DNA of 64,000 nt, from assembly GCA_965248845.1 (NCBI GenBank), contig CBDFKO010000002.1, forward strand, positions 2,450,369-2,514,368, given 5' to 3'. The stretch comes from Acidobacteriota bacterium. Lineage in GTDB: Bacteria; Acidobacteriota; UBA890; WLXD01. The position numbers and the translations under genes were made by a program. The notes beneath the pieces are model-generated. The model was not told the DNA's origin and did no database searches. It was given only the letters and a program-made list of their open reading frames with translations. How positions within the stretch are numbered: position 1 is the stretch's first letter; the number at the start of each line of letters is the position of its first letter. This document shows, piece after piece, positions 41,971 to 53,204 of the stretch.

Positions 41971-42459
41971 CAGGCCTGCTAGCTGTGAGTTCTGGGTAGG
42001 TTGTTCACGGACTCACCTGGAGCCTGGACATCGGAGTCTGCATGCCGATGCCCGCATGGGGTCGGTGACGATTGTAGTGGTTGGTCCAGGGTCCGAGAGC
42101 TCGAGTTCGGTGAGCGGAGGTCTGGTAGCAGGCTCCGTAGGCCCATTGTTCCTCGAGCGTGCGTATGAAGCGCTCGGCCTTGCCGTTGGTCCGGGGCGTG
42201 TAGGGCCTGGTGTAGAGGTGGCGGATGTTGAGTCGCCGACAGGTTCGATTGAAGCGTTTGGAACGATAGCCGGGCCCGTTATCGGTCATCACACACTCGA
42301 TGACGAGGCCAAGTTTTCGGTAGAACTGGACTGCTCGTATCAGGAACTCGGTACAGGTGAACTGGCCCTCGTTGTGTAGCACCTGGACGTAGGCGATGCG
42401 GCTGTGGTCCTCGACGGCAACGTGGGCATGTTCCCAGCCGGCTCCCTCAACGGTCCTAG

Positions 42460-43764
42460 CAGGCTGCTGAAAAACTCCTCTTTTTCGAGTAGATTCTGAA
42501 CCACGCAGCCCGCGGCAAAAACCGAAGCATCAACGAGGTGAGCAGATGCGTGGTGAGGACGCGAGACAGGTGGCCGCCTTTAGTTACGTATCTCCGGAGC
42601 AGCGAGTACCGAAAGAGCATCCGCTGCGGCCGCTGCTGAGGATCGTCAACGACGTGCTGGGGCGGATGTCGCCGCTGTTCGAGAAGCTGTACTCGCACAC
42701 GGGCCGTCCGTCTATCCCGCCGGAGAAGCTGCTGCGGGCGCTGCTGCTGCAGGTGCTGTACACGATTCGCTCCGAGCGCATGCTGATGGAGCAGCTCGAC
42801 TACAACCTGCTGTTCCGGTGGTTTGTGGGCCTGAACATGGACGATCTGGTGTGGGATGCGACGGTGTTCACGAAGAACCGGGATCGAGTGTTGGGAGGCG
42901 AGGTCGCCGAGGTGTTCTTCCAGGAAGTGCTGGCGGAGGCACGGCGCCGCGGTCTGCTATCGGATGAGCACTTCACGGTGGACGGCACGCTGATCGAGGC
43001 GTGGGCCTCACACAAGAGCTTCAAGCCGAAGGATCAGAGCGACTCCGATGAGGGAGGCAGCAACCCGAGCGTCGATTTTCGCAAACAACGGCGCACAAAC
43101 GATACTCACGCCTCCAGGACCGATCCGGACGCACGCCTGTACAAGAAAAGTAGGGGAGCCGAGTCGAAGCTCTGCTACATGGGGCACCTGATGATCGACA
43201 ACCGCCACGGGTTAGCAACCAAGGCATGCGTAACGATCGCTTCCGGGACAGCGGAACGAGAGGCGGCGGTGCAAATGGCGGACAAGATTTCCGGTAACCG
43301 CAGGGTGACCTTGGCGGCCGACAAGGGCTACGACACACGCGAGTGCGTCCGTAAGCTTCGAGATCGGAACATCACCCCGCACGTTGCACAGAACGACACC
43401 AATCGGCGCAGCGCCATCGACCGGCGCACAACCCGCCACCCCGGCTACCAGGTCAGTCAAAGGAAACGCAAGCTCGTCGAGCAGATGTTCGGATGGGCCA
43501 AGACGGTCGGGCTGATGCGCAAGACGCGGCACCGAGGCACCGAACGCGTCGATTGGATGTTCACCTTCACCGCCGCTGCCTTCAACCTGGTCAGAATGCG
43601 CAACCTCCAGGGGGCGACGTGACGATATCGGGACTAACCGCCCAAGAAATACCGGCGCGGCCGGCAACCAGAGCCTCGCACTCGCACTCGCCGCCCCGCT
43701 AACTCACCGTGATCGAGACGATCCAGCCCAAAATGGCGCGCTCGAGCCGTTTTTCAGCAGCCTG
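42460..43764 (+). mobile_element. IS5 family insertion sequence (1305 bp)
   Basis: Perfect 16-bp TIR CAGGCTGCTGAAAAAC; CTAG duplicated at 42456-42459 and 43765-43768. Confidence 0.95.
42546..43622 (+). CDS. IS5 family transposase (intact)
   Basis: GRPSIPPEKLLRA, VDGTLIEAWAS, ADKGYD, RKLVEQMFGWAK (DDE). Confidence 0.95.
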   Translation: MRGEDARQVAAFSYVSPEQRVPKEHPLRPLLRIVNDVLGRMSPLFEKLYSHTGRPSIPPEKLLRALLLQVLYTIRSERMLMEQLDYNLLFRWFVGLNMDDLVWDATVFTKNRDRVLGGEVAEVFFQEVLAEARRRGLLSDEHFTVDGTLIEAWASHKSFKPKDQSDSDEGGSNPSVDFRKQRRTNDTHASRTDPDARLYKKSRGAESKLCYMGHLMIDNRHGLATKACVTIASGTAEREAAVQMADKISGNRRVTLAADKGYDTRECVRKLRDRNITPHVAQNDTNRRSAIDRRTTRHPGYQVSQRKRKLVEQMFGWAKTVGLMRKTRHRGTERVDWMFTFTAAAFNLVRMRNLQGAT

Positions 43765-44336
43765 CTAGAGCGGTCGCGGTGGATGCGGTGACCCGGCCGC
43801 ACGATGCGGGCGAGCTTCTTGGTGTCCATGTGCAACAGCTCGCCTGGTCGCTCCCGCTCGTAACGCCGGATGACTGCCTTCGGTTCCAGGTACAGCAGCC
43901 GGCCCAGGCCCGATCGCTTCAACCAGTCCGAGACCGTGGAGCGCGGGACCCCAACGCGCCGGCTGATTTGCCAAGCCGTCAACCGACGGCGTCGCAGCCG
44001 CTGGATCCGACGCACCGTACGAGCGCTCGTCTGACCGGGGCTCCGGTGTGGCCGACTGGTTCGATCCAGCAGTCCCGACTCGCCCTCCTGCCGATACCTA
44101 CGCAGCCACTTGTAGAGCGTTCGAGGGGATACACCCAGCGCCGCGGCCGTGTCCTTCACAGGCTCCGCCTGCTCCAGGACACGGCGGACCATCTCGCGGC
44201 GTATGTACGGGGTCGTTCGGGCGTTACTATGCAGCTGCATCGGGCGCTCCTTCTGAGCTGTGGGTGTGTGGTAACCCCATTGTTCTCAGAAGTGAGCCCC
44301 GATGTGAACAACGTCCTCGGAATACACAGCAGCGGC

Positions 44337-45464
44337 CTACTGACTCAGGAAGCGTTCGATATCGTCCCAGCGGGCGCGTGCGTCGTCGAAACCGAGCTGC
44401 ATCAAGCGCTCGACGTAGGGGCGCTCGAACAACAGGTAGCTGAGGAAGTCCGGCGTCGTGGTGCGCGAGGCGCCGAGCCCGCGGGCCAGCAGGCGCAACG
44501 AGCGGGGTAGGCAGCCGATCAGGTCGGCCGACATCTTGCCCAGGTCACGGGAGGGCCGCAGGAGCAGGATCTCGATCGGCCGCAGCCCGTCCGGGTGACG
44601 AGTTCCCGCCGGCAGCAGGGCCAGCGTCCGGTTAATGCGCTCGAGCCGCTCGGCGTCGTTCTCGAGCGCGTCGATGAACACCCCGTGCATGATCATCCCG
44701 AGGATCTGCGCGGGTGGCGGATAGCCACGAATCTGCGGCACCTCGCGCTCGTTCTCGCTCGCCGGGTAGCGCACCGAGATCGACAAGAGCCGGCTGGCGC
44801 CGAGATGCACCGCTGGGGCCAGCGGAGCCGACTGGCGGATCGAGCCGTCGCCGAAGAACTCGTCGCCCAACTGGATCGCCGGGAAGATCATCGGCAAGGC
44901 GGTCGAGGCCATGACGTGCTCGACGCCGATGCGGCAGTGCCGCGAGCGCCGGCGGGCACGTACCCAGCCCGGGATCCCCTCGGCCCCCTGAACGAAGGTG
45001 ATCGTGCGCCCGGTCGCATAGCCGGTAACCGAGAGGGCCAGCGCGTGCAGCCGCCCGGCAGCGATGTTGTCCCCGATTCCCGAAAAGTCGATCACCGAGC
45101 GCAGATAATTGCGCAGCGGCTTGGTATCGAGCAGTCCGTGCACGGTGAGGGGCACCCGCCCACCGCTGCCAATCTTGGTGGCCCAACGGACAAGGCTGCC
45201 ACCGATCGATCCGAACCCCGAGCGGAAGACGTGGCCCACATCGAGCTGCAGCCAAGCCTCGCGCAGGTGGTCGGTACGCTCGCCGAACGAGCCCCGGTGG
45301 CTCGCCAGGCCAGCGGCGTTGATGCCGCCCGCCGATACCCCCGTGATGATCGGAAACGACAGGTCGTCGCCGCCTCGGTCGGCGATTCCCGCGAGAACAC
45401 CGGCCTGGTACGCACCACGCGCCCCGCCGCCGGTTAGAACCAGCGCGGTACCGCCGTCAGCCAT
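44337..45464 (-). CDS. Patatin-like phospholipase
   Basis: LVLTGGGARGAYQAG, GVSAG nucleophile, DGS. Confidence 0.93.
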   Translation of the reverse strand: MADGGTALVLTGGGARGAYQAGVLAGIADRGGDDLSFPIITGVSAGGINAAGLASHRGSFGERTDHLREAWLQLDVGHVFRSGFGSIGGSLVRWATKIGSGGRVPLTVHGLLDTKPLRNYLRSVIDFSGIGDNIAAGRLHALALSVTGYATGRTITFVQGAEGIPGWVRARRRSRHCRIGVEHVMASTALPMIFPAIQLGDEFFGDGSIRQSAPLAPAVHLGASRLLSISVRYPASENEREVPQIRGYPPPAQILGMIMHGVFIDALENDAERLERINRTLALLPAGTRHPDGLRPIEILLLRPSRDLGKMSADLIGCLPRSLRLLARGLGASRTTTPDFLSYLLFERPYVERLMQLGFDDARARWDDIERFLSQ

Positions 45465-45522
45465 TCGCCCCGACCTGCATGGGTAGAATAGTCGCACGCT
45501 GGAACGTGTGAGCGGAGCAACC

Positions 45523-46434
45523 GTGCCCGAGTTACCCGACGTCACCGTCTACATCGAGTGTCTGCGGCCGCGGCTCCTCGGCCAGACGCTGGAGAATGCT
45601 CGCATCGCCAGCCCCCACCTGCTGCGCACCTGGGATCCTCCGATCTCGGCGGTCACGGGCCAGGCGATCACCGCGGTCGAGCGGCTGGGCAAGCGCATCG
45701 TCCTGGCGCTGGAGCAGGATCTGTTTCTCGTCTTCCACCTGATGATCGCGGGCCGTTTTCGCTGGCGCGAGCCGGGGGCCCGGGTGCCCGGCCGGGTGGG
45801 ACTGGCCGCCTTCGACTTCCCCGCCGGCACCCTGCTGATAACGGAGGCAGGCGCCAAGAAGCGCGCCGCGCTGCACCTCGTGCGCGGGCGCGACGGCCTG
45901 AGCGAGCACGATCCCGGCGGGCTCGAGGTGATGGAGTCGAGGCTGTCCGAGTTCGACGCTGCCCTGGGAGCCGAGAATCACACCCTCAAGCGAGCCCTGA
46001 CCTCGCCGAAGCTGTTTTCGGGCATCGGCAACGCCTACTCCGACGAGATCCTGCATCGCGCTCGGTTATCACCGCTGCAGTGGACCTCGCGACTGAGCGC
46101 CGCCGAGATCGCCCGGCTTCACGCGGCGACCACGGAGGTGCTGGCCGAGTGGACCGAGCGGTTGCGTGCCGAGGTCGGCGACGGATTCCCTACGAAGGTC
46201 ACCGCGTTCCGCGACGGCATGGCGGTGCACGGTCGCTACAACCGCCCGTGTCCCGACTGCGGCTCTCCGGTTCAGCGAATCATCTACGCCGCCCGCGAGA
46301 CCAACTACTGCGCCGCCTGCCAGACCGACGGTCAGGTGTACGCCGACCGGGTGCTGTCGCAGCTGCTCAAGAAGGACTGGCCGCGAACGCTACAGGAGTG
46401 GGAAGCAATCCGCGCGCCGGAGCATGGAGGGTGA
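45523..46434 (+). CDS. Fpg/Nei family DNA glycosylase/AP lyase
   Basis: N-terminal PELPD, HLMIAG, GIGNAYSDE (H2TH), CPDC..CAACQ zinc finger. Confidence 0.93.
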   Translation: MPELPDVTVYIECLRPRLLGQTLENARIASPHLLRTWDPPISAVTGQAITAVERLGKRIVLALEQDLFLVFHLMIAGRFRWREPGARVPGRVGLAAFDFPAGTLLITEAGAKKRAALHLVRGRDGLSEHDPGGLEVMESRLSEFDAALGAENHTLKRALTSPKLFSGIGNAYSDEILHRARLSPLQWTSRLSAAEIARLHAATTEVLAEWTERLRAEVGDGFPTKVTAFRDGMAVHGRYNRPCPDCGSPVQRIIYAARETNYCAACQTDGQVYADRVLSQLLKKDWPRTLQEWEAIRAPEHGG

Positions 46435-46438
46435 TCGC

Positions 46439-48139
46439 GTGAGGACTGCGGACGAGCTGACACAACGGCTCCGGCAGATCGACGGACGTGGATACAAGGC
46501 CTACAAGTCGATCGCCGGCGAATACGAGCTCGACGACTTGTGGCTGTCGATCGATCACGTGCAGGGGGATCCGTTCGCCTCGCCGAGCCGACTGCGCGTG
46601 CGTGTGCCGGCGAGCATCGCAGGGTTCCCCGAATCGGTTCGCGAGGGGCGGGCGCGGCAGGTAGCGTTGCGGGACTTCCTGGCGCGCCGGTTCGCGACAA
46701 GTGCGCGGGTGGCCAGCAGCAAGCGCGGACTCGGCTCCAGCGGCCTGATTGCCATCGACGAACCCGGACAGGAAGTGCTCGATCGCAGCGCCGTGATCGA
46801 GTGCGACGGGGTCATCGAGGCACGTTTCGTGCTCGGCCTGCCGGCGCGGGGGCGCACTGTGCTGGGTCGGCAGGCGGCGCAGATGCTCGGTGAGTCGGTG
46901 CCCGAAGTGGCGCGGTCGTCGCTGCGATACTCGGCGCTGGACCACGCCGCGTTGCGCCGCCACGTCGACACGGTGCACGACGCCCGCTGGCTGCGCTCGC
47001 GTCTGCGCGATCTCGGGTTGATCGGGTTCGTAGGCAACGGGGCGAACCTGCCGCGCCGCAGCGGTATGGACCCGCGGCCGCTGCGGGGCGGCGTGCCGTT
47101 CCGGGCTCCCGACTCGCTGCGCGTCGAGATCGACCTGCCCTGCCAGGGCAGGGTTCAGGGGCTCGGTATCCCGCCCGGGGTGACGCTGATCGTCGGCGGC
47201 GGATACCACGGCAAGTCGACCCTGCTGCGAGCCTTGATGCTGGGGGTCTGGGACCACGCCCCCGACGACGGCCGCGAGCTCGTGGTCACCGACCCGGACG
47301 TCGTCAAGGTGCGGGCCGAGGACGGCCGCGCCGTGCATGCGGCCGACCTGTCGGCCTTTCTCGGCGAGCTTCCAGATGGCTCGCAGCCGCGCGCCTTCTC
47401 GACCGCGAACGCCAGCGGCTCCACCTCGCAGGCCGCCGCCATCGCCGAAGCGCTCGAGTCCGGCGCCAGCGTCTTGATTCTCGACGAGGACACCTCGGCC
47501 ACCAACTTCATGATCCGCGATCGCCGCATGCAGGCACTCGTGCCGCCCGGCGACGAGCCGATCACCCCGTTCGTGGATCGCGTCCGTCAGCTCTGGGAGG
47601 ACAACGGCGTCTCGACGGTGCTGGTCATGGGTGGATCCGGCGACTACCTCGACGTCGCCGATACGGTGATCGCGATGCGCCAGTACCGGCCCCACGACGT
47701 CACCGAGCGGGGCCGCGAGGTCGCCGATCGCTTCCCCACCGGCCGCGAGCTCGAGCGTGCCGATGCCCCGATTGCGCCGCAACGGCGCACGATCGACGGG
47801 GCGTCGCTCGATCCGAGCCGGGGCCGGCGCGCGGTCAAGATCGCCGCACGCGGCACCGACGCCCTGTCCTACGGGCGCACCGGCATCGATCTCACAGCGG
47901 TCGAGCAGCTGGTGGACGCCTCCCAGCTGCGATCCATCGGCGCGGCCATGGCCTGGGCCCGGGTGACGGCTACCGCCGGCGACACCCTGGAGAGCATTCT
48001 GGACCGGGTCGGCCGGCGACTGCAACAGGATGGGCTCGGGTCGCTCGTGGCGGATCCGCGCGGGGACCTGGCAGAATTTCGTCGCCACGAGCTCGCCGCG
48101 ACGATCAGCCGTCTGCGGAGCCTGAGCACGCAGCCCTGA
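46439..48139 (+). CDS. ABC_ATPase-family P-loop protein (soluble, MRB1590-like)
   Basis: IDHVQGDPFASPSR, GGGYHGKST, RAEDGR, ASGSTSQAA, DEDTSATNFMIRD, GGSGDY. Confidence 0.9.
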   Translation: MRTADELTQRLRQIDGRGYKAYKSIAGEYELDDLWLSIDHVQGDPFASPSRLRVRVPASIAGFPESVREGRARQVALRDFLARRFATSARVASSKRGLGSSGLIAIDEPGQEVLDRSAVIECDGVIEARFVLGLPARGRTVLGRQAAQMLGESVPEVARSSLRYSALDHAALRRHVDTVHDARWLRSRLRDLGLIGFVGNGANLPRRSGMDPRPLRGGVPFRAPDSLRVEIDLPCQGRVQGLGIPPGVTLIVGGGYHGKSTLLRALMLGVWDHAPDDGRELVVTDPDVVKVRAEDGRAVHAADLSAFLGELPDGSQPRAFSTANASGSTSQAAAIAEALESGASVLILDEDTSATNFMIRDRRMQALVPPGDEPITPFVDRVRQLWEDNGVSTVLVMGGSGDYLDVADTVIAMRQYRPHDVTERGREVADRFPTGRELERADAPIAPQRRTIDGASLDPSRGRRAVKIAARGTDALSYGRTGIDLTAVEQLVDASQLRSIGAAMAWARVTATAGDTLESILDRVGRRLQQDGLGSLVADPRGDLAEFRRHELAATISRLRSLSTQP

Positions 48140-48220
48140 TGCGGCCCTGGGGCATTCCGGTGGGCGGGCGGCCTGCTACCATCCGGCTGCCGCCCTCCCT
48201 CCGAGCCCGTGGAGACTCCG

Positions 48221-50316
48221 ATGCCGATCCGTACCCTCCTGCTCGCACTCGCCGTGGCCCTCACACCCGGGGCGCAGGATCAGAGCCGCGAGCTGCTCGA
48301 CGCGGCGCGTACCGGTGATCAGGCGACGGTGGAGCGCCTCCTGGACGCCGGTCTCGACGTCGAGACCGCCGACCGCTACGGCTCCACCGCCATCGCTTTC
48401 GCGGCGCGCGGCGGCCACGCCGACATCGTCGCGTTCCTGCTCGCGCGCGGTGCCGACCCCAACGTCATCGACACCTTCTACAACATGTCTCCCGTGGCTC
48501 GGGCGCTCATGGAGCAGCACACCGACGTGGCGCTCATGCTGCTGCAAAACGGCGCCCGCGACAACGTTCAGGCACTGACGGCGGCGCTGCAAAGCGGCGA
48601 CCTCGAGCTGGCACGGGCTGCGGTCGCAGCCGCCCCGCTGCCCGCCGCGGCCGCCTCGAGACTCGTCGCGATGGCCGAGGAGACCGGCAACGAGACACTC
48701 GCAGCTCTGCTACGCGACGCCGAGGTCGCCGCGGCCGGGCTCGAGAGCATCCCGTTCGACCCGGCGACTCTGCCCGACTACGCCGGCATGTACCGCAACG
48801 AGCAACAGGGCGTCGTGGTCGAGGTGGCGGCCGGGGAAGGAGTGCTCCTGGTGCGAGTCGGCGACGGCGATGCGCGTGAGCTGAACCCGGTCGGCGATAG
48901 GAGCTTCGTCGGGGTCGACGAGAACCTTCAGCTGGGCTTCTTCGGCCGGGGTGGGGCGATCGAGTTCGCGCGGCGGCGCCGGTGCGCGGACGGTCGCAGA
49001 GGCTAGCGCGCCGGACGCTGCCCCCCATGGACCGGTTCCGTGGTCCTCGTTCCGCGGTCCGGGCGCCTCCGGCATCGGCGACGGCGCGCCGGTGCCCGTG
49101 TCGTGGGATGTCGACTCCGGCGCCAACGTGCGCTGGAAGACCCCGATCCCGGGCATCGCCAACTCCAGCCCGATTGCCTGGAACGACGTGGTCTTCGTCA
49201 CCACGGCGATCAGCGGTGCCGGCAACGACACCGTCCGCACCGGGCTCTACGGCGACGTGACTCCGGTCGAGGATCTTTCGCCGCACGAGTTCAAGCTCTA
49301 CGCGCTCGATCGCATGACCGGGGAGATCCGCTGGGAGCGGCTGGTACACCAGGGCCCGCCGCAGGTAAAGCGTCATTCCAAGTCGAGCCAGGCCAACTCG
49401 ACTCCGGTTACCGACGGTGAGCGGGTCGTGGTGCTGTTCGGGACGGTCGGCATCCTCGTCGCGTACGACTTCGAAGGCACCGAGCTGTGGCGCCACGACA
49501 TCGGCGTGCTCGATTCGGGTTGGTTCTACGACGCCGACTTCCAGTGGGGGCATTCGGCCTCACCGGTGATCTACGACGGCCTGGTGATCGTACGGGCGGA
49601 CATCCAGCGAGCACCGTTCCTTGCCGCCTACGAGCTGAGCACGGGACAGGAGGTCTGGCGAACGTCGCGCGAGGGGGAGATCCCCACCTTCGCCACGCCG
49701 ACGATCTACCGCGGCGCGCCACGCGACGAGCTGATCACCAACGGCACCCGGATTCGCGCCTACGACCCGCGAACCGGCGCGGAGCTCTGGTCACTGGCGC
49801 CCCAACTCGGAGGTCATCGTCGGCACGCCCGTCGCCGGACCGGACCTGATCTACATCACCGCCGGCTACCCGCCGGTGCGGCCCATTTATGCGGTGCGCC
49901 CGTGCGGCAGCGGCGACATCTCGCTACCCGAGGGCCTCGACTCCAACGAGAACATCGTCTGGAGCAAGAACCGCGGCGGAACCTACATCCTGTCGCCCTT
50001 GCTGTACCACGGCATTTTCTACACCAACGCCAACAACGGCCGGCTCACGGCCTACGACGGTGGCTCGGGCGAGATGATCTACCGGGCTCGCATCGGCGGC
50101 AGCGGAGGCTCCTACGTCGCCTCGCCGGTGGCGGCGAACGGCCACCTCTACTTCAGCAGCGAGGACGGTGTCATCACCGTGGTCAAGGCCGGGCCCGAGT
50201 ACGAGCAGGTGGCGAGCAATGCGATGAGCGAGGTCATCTGGGCCACACCGGCGATCACCGACGGCGTTCTCGTGGTGCGCACACTGGGCCACGTATACGG
50301 ACTCGGGAGCGAGTGA
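48221..50316 (+). CDS. Exported ankyrin-repeat + PQQ-like beta-propeller protein (frameshifts ~48970 and ~49800)
   Basis: Signal peptide, ankyrin repeats; then WSSFRGP..WKTPIPGIANSSP, ANSTPVTDG, ASPV, ATPAI spread over three frames. Confidence 0.8.
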
Positions 50317-50331
50317 CGACGTAGCCGGTAG

Positions 50332-51552
50332 CTAGTCGCGACGCGGCGGCCACGCCACGTCGAGCCAGACGAGCCGATGGTCGGAGGCCTCCTCGGCCAG
50401 CGCGTTTCCTTCGGGGTCGGTGGCGGCGGCCGGCCAGAAGACGCCGCCGTCGAGCACCTCGAGCTCGACCCCGGGTAACACGTAGTCGATGCGTGCGCCC
50501 CGCCCCCGGAACGCGGTTGTCGCCGCGGGCACATCCGCTGGAGCCCCGGTACTGATCGCCACGTCGCCGGTATCGCGAATCCGCGGGTGCTGCAGCAGTT
50601 GCGAGATGGCGCTGCGACCGTCGTATCGTGAATCCTCGTCATCGGGTCGTGCGTTCAGGTCGCCGAGAATCATGAACGGGGCCGCGGCGACATAACCGCC
50701 GCGCTGCCCCTGATCGTCGAGCAACGCGCCGCCGTCGAGATATTCGACCCAGAGCCTGATCTCGTCGAAGTTGCGGCGGCCGTTGCGGTCCTCCTCACCG
50801 TCGAAGACGGGAGGTATGGGATGGGACATCCACAGGTGCAGGGTGTGCTCGCCGATCTGCACCGGGAGATCCTGGTGCGATTTGCTCGACAGTCGCAGAA
50901 CCCCGATCGCCTCCTCGGAGTAGAAGTCGGCCGGAAGATGGTTGCCCTCCAGGTCTGCCCACAAGAATCGCTGGAACGTGCGCACGTCGGTATTGGCCAG
51001 CGGGAAGCGCGACAACACCGCGATCGAGTACTGGCCGGGATACTCGCCGTAGCCGAAGCTGTCGTTGCCGTGCCGGCGCTCGCCGCGGTCGGCGTCGATC
51101 GCCACGTGGCCGTCGTTGTCGAGGTCGACGCCGCTGAGCCGCCCGGTGTTGTTCGGCCCCGCCCAGGCGTAGGGGTAGTCGAGGGGCGCCTCCCCGGTCT
51201 GCAGATAGTTGCGGGCGAAGCGGCGGGCGATCTCCTCGAGCCTGACCTCAGGGGTCGCGGCCAGCTCGTGATCGATCTCGTTGATCACCAACACGTCCGG
51301 GCGCACGCGCTGGATAATCGTTGCCGCCGCGCGCGCCTGCGGATCCGCTCCGGCACCGTCGCTATCGAGTGTGTCGACCTTGGCAGCGGTCAACTCCCGA
51401 ATGTTGAACACCGCCACCCGAACGCGCTCATCGCCGGCGGCCGGCAACTCGGTCGGTTCCGAGTCGATGTCGGCCGCGGCGCAGGCCTGGATCAGCAACA
51501 GGAACATCGTCAGCGCGCCGTTCGCAGGCAACCGGGGCATCGCGACCCTCAC
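50332..51552 (-). CDS. Endonuclease/exonuclease/phosphatase family lipoprotein
   Basis: RPDVLVINEID, RLSSKSH, GDLNA, RIDYVLP, ASDHRLVW. Confidence 0.92.
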   Translation of the reverse strand: MRVAMPRLPANGALTMFLLLIQACAAADIDSEPTELPAAGDERVRVAVFNIRELTAAKVDTLDSDGAGADPQARAAATIIQRVRPDVLVINEIDHELAATPEVRLEEIARRFARNYLQTGEAPLDYPYAWAGPNNTGRLSGVDLDNDGHVAIDADRGERRHGNDSFGYGEYPGQYSIAVLSRFPLANTDVRTFQRFLWADLEGNHLPADFYSEEAIGVLRLSSKSHQDLPVQIGEHTLHLWMSHPIPPVFDGEEDRNGRRNFDEIRLWVEYLDGGALLDDQGQRGGYVAAAPFMILGDLNARPDDEDSRYDGRSAISQLLQHPRIRDTGDVAISTGAPADVPAATTAFRGRGARIDYVLPGVELEVLDGGVFWPAAATDPEGNALAEEASDHRLVWLDVAWPPRRD

Positions 51553-53077
51553 CGCATGGTCAGGAGCGAGGCGTACAGATCGATTCCGTACCAGAGATTG
51601 GCAACACGGACGTTTTCGTTCGACGCGTGCTGGTTGTTGTCGTGGTTGGCGATCGGCAGGATCACCGCGGGCGCGCCCAGCAACTCGGTGAACAGGTACA
51701 GCGGCAGCGAGCCGCCGAGCGCCGGAACCAGCAGCACCTTCCTGTCGCTGGCGGCCTGCGCCACCTCGACGATACCCTCCGCCACCGCCAGGGCCATGTC
51801 GGTGCGCGCCGCTGGGTAGCCACCGCCGCGGACCACCTTGACCAGCTTCGGGTGGCGCATCCGTGCCTCCGAGTCGGGGTCCTCGCGCACGATCTCCCAG
51901 CCCTGGGCGCGGATGTGGGCCTCGACCAGGTCGAGCATGTCCTCCGGGTCGTTGCCCTTGACCAGCCGTACGCCCAGCGCCGCCTCGGCGCGATCGGGGA
52001 TCACGTTGCGGGCCGCGGCCCCGAGGCTGCCGCTGGCCAACCCCTTGACGGTCAGCGACGGTAGCAGGAGCCGCTCGTTCAGCGTCCCCTCACCCTCCGT
52101 CCAGGCCAGGCCGAGCTCGTCGCGGAGCTGGTCGTCGTAGACCGGCAGTCGCGCCAGGGCTTCTCGCTCGTCGCGGCCCAGGGCTCTACCGTGTCGTAGA
52201 AGCCCTCGATGATCACGTTGCCGGCATCGTCTTTCATCGACGCGAGCAACCCCGCCAGCATCATGCCGGGCACCGGAGCCCAGTTGCCATAGTGGCCCGA
52301 GTGCAAAGGCCGCGCCGGCCCGTAGACCGTGAGATCCAGCCCGGTAACGCCGCGCACACCGAAGACCACCTGGGGGCTGCCGCTCTGGTGCACCGGGCCA
52401 TCGCAGAAAAGCCAGACATCGACGTCGAAGTGATCCCGATACGTCTCCAGGTACTGCTGCAGGTGCGTCGAGCCCATCTCCTCCTCCCCCTCGAACAGCA
52501 GCTTCACGTTCGAGGTGAGCGGGATCCCCGCGGCGCTCAGGGCATCCAGCGCCGCCAGCAGCGCCGGGATCGGAGCCTTGTCGTCGGAGGCCGAGCGGGC
52601 GTAGATGCGCCAGCGCGGATCCACCGGCTCGCCGGCTGCCGGGAAGTCGATCGGCGTGCCGCCCAGGTCCATCCGATCGGTATAGAGCGTCGGCTCGTAT
52701 GGGCCGTGTACCCAGTCGGGCCCCGCCGGGGGCTGCCCGTCGTAGTGGACGTAGATGCCGACGGTGCGCTCGGCACCGGGCGTCTCGATCTCGCCGTAGA
52801 TCAGCGGAGGCACGTCGGGAAGCGTCAACAGCTGCATCGAGACACCGCGGCGCTCGAACTGTCCGGCGATGACCTCGGCGTTGCGCGTAATCTCCTCGAG
52901 GTTGCCGCCGAAGTTGGGCAGTCGCAGCAGTTCGGCGAAGCCTCGCAGGATCTGTGCCTCACGCTCGCCGCGGTAGGCGCGCGCCGCGGCGACGCCATCG
53001 ACGCGCCCGGTCGACTGCGGCGCCAGGCCGAGCGTCACGACGACCAGGGGCAGGAGTGTGAGCTTTCGCATTCTCAT
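51549..53077 (-). CDS. M20/M25/M40 metallopeptidase (frameshift ~52180)
   Basis: HYDGQP, ARSASDDK, EGEEE, LHSGHYGNW; C-terminal GGSLP, NHDNNQHASNEN in a second frame. Confidence 0.88.
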
Positions 53078-53204
53078 GTGCTGTCTCGCTCCGGTCCTCG
53101 TCCACGGCTCGTGGCAGAGATTAGCAGGCCATGGTGGAACCATCAGAGTTTCACCGCGGCCTGCTACCCTACGGACGCGCCGTCGCAAACGATCGAGCTG
53201 TCCC

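Larger units (their letters stand above)
42005..44240 (-). pseudogene. IS481 transposase split by the IS5 insertion
   Basis: MQLHSNARTT..RYERERPGELLHMDTKKL..RDRS | RTVEGAGWEHAHVAVEDHSR..TDNG..TRPYTPRTNGKAERF. Rejoins in frame when the IS5 plus one CTAG is removed. Confidence 0.92.
41984..44328 (-). mobile_element. IS481 family element interrupted by an IS5
   Basis: TGT...ACA ends with 25-bp imperfect TIR (TGTGAGTTCTGGGTAGGTTGTTCAC / TGTGTATTCCGAGGACGTTGTTCAC); left flank GCTAGC. Confidence 0.9.

Noticed and set aside
44337-45464. Patatin as a CBASS/anti-phage effector
   Set aside because: No cyclase or other defence gene nearby; it looks like an ordinary housekeeping patatin.
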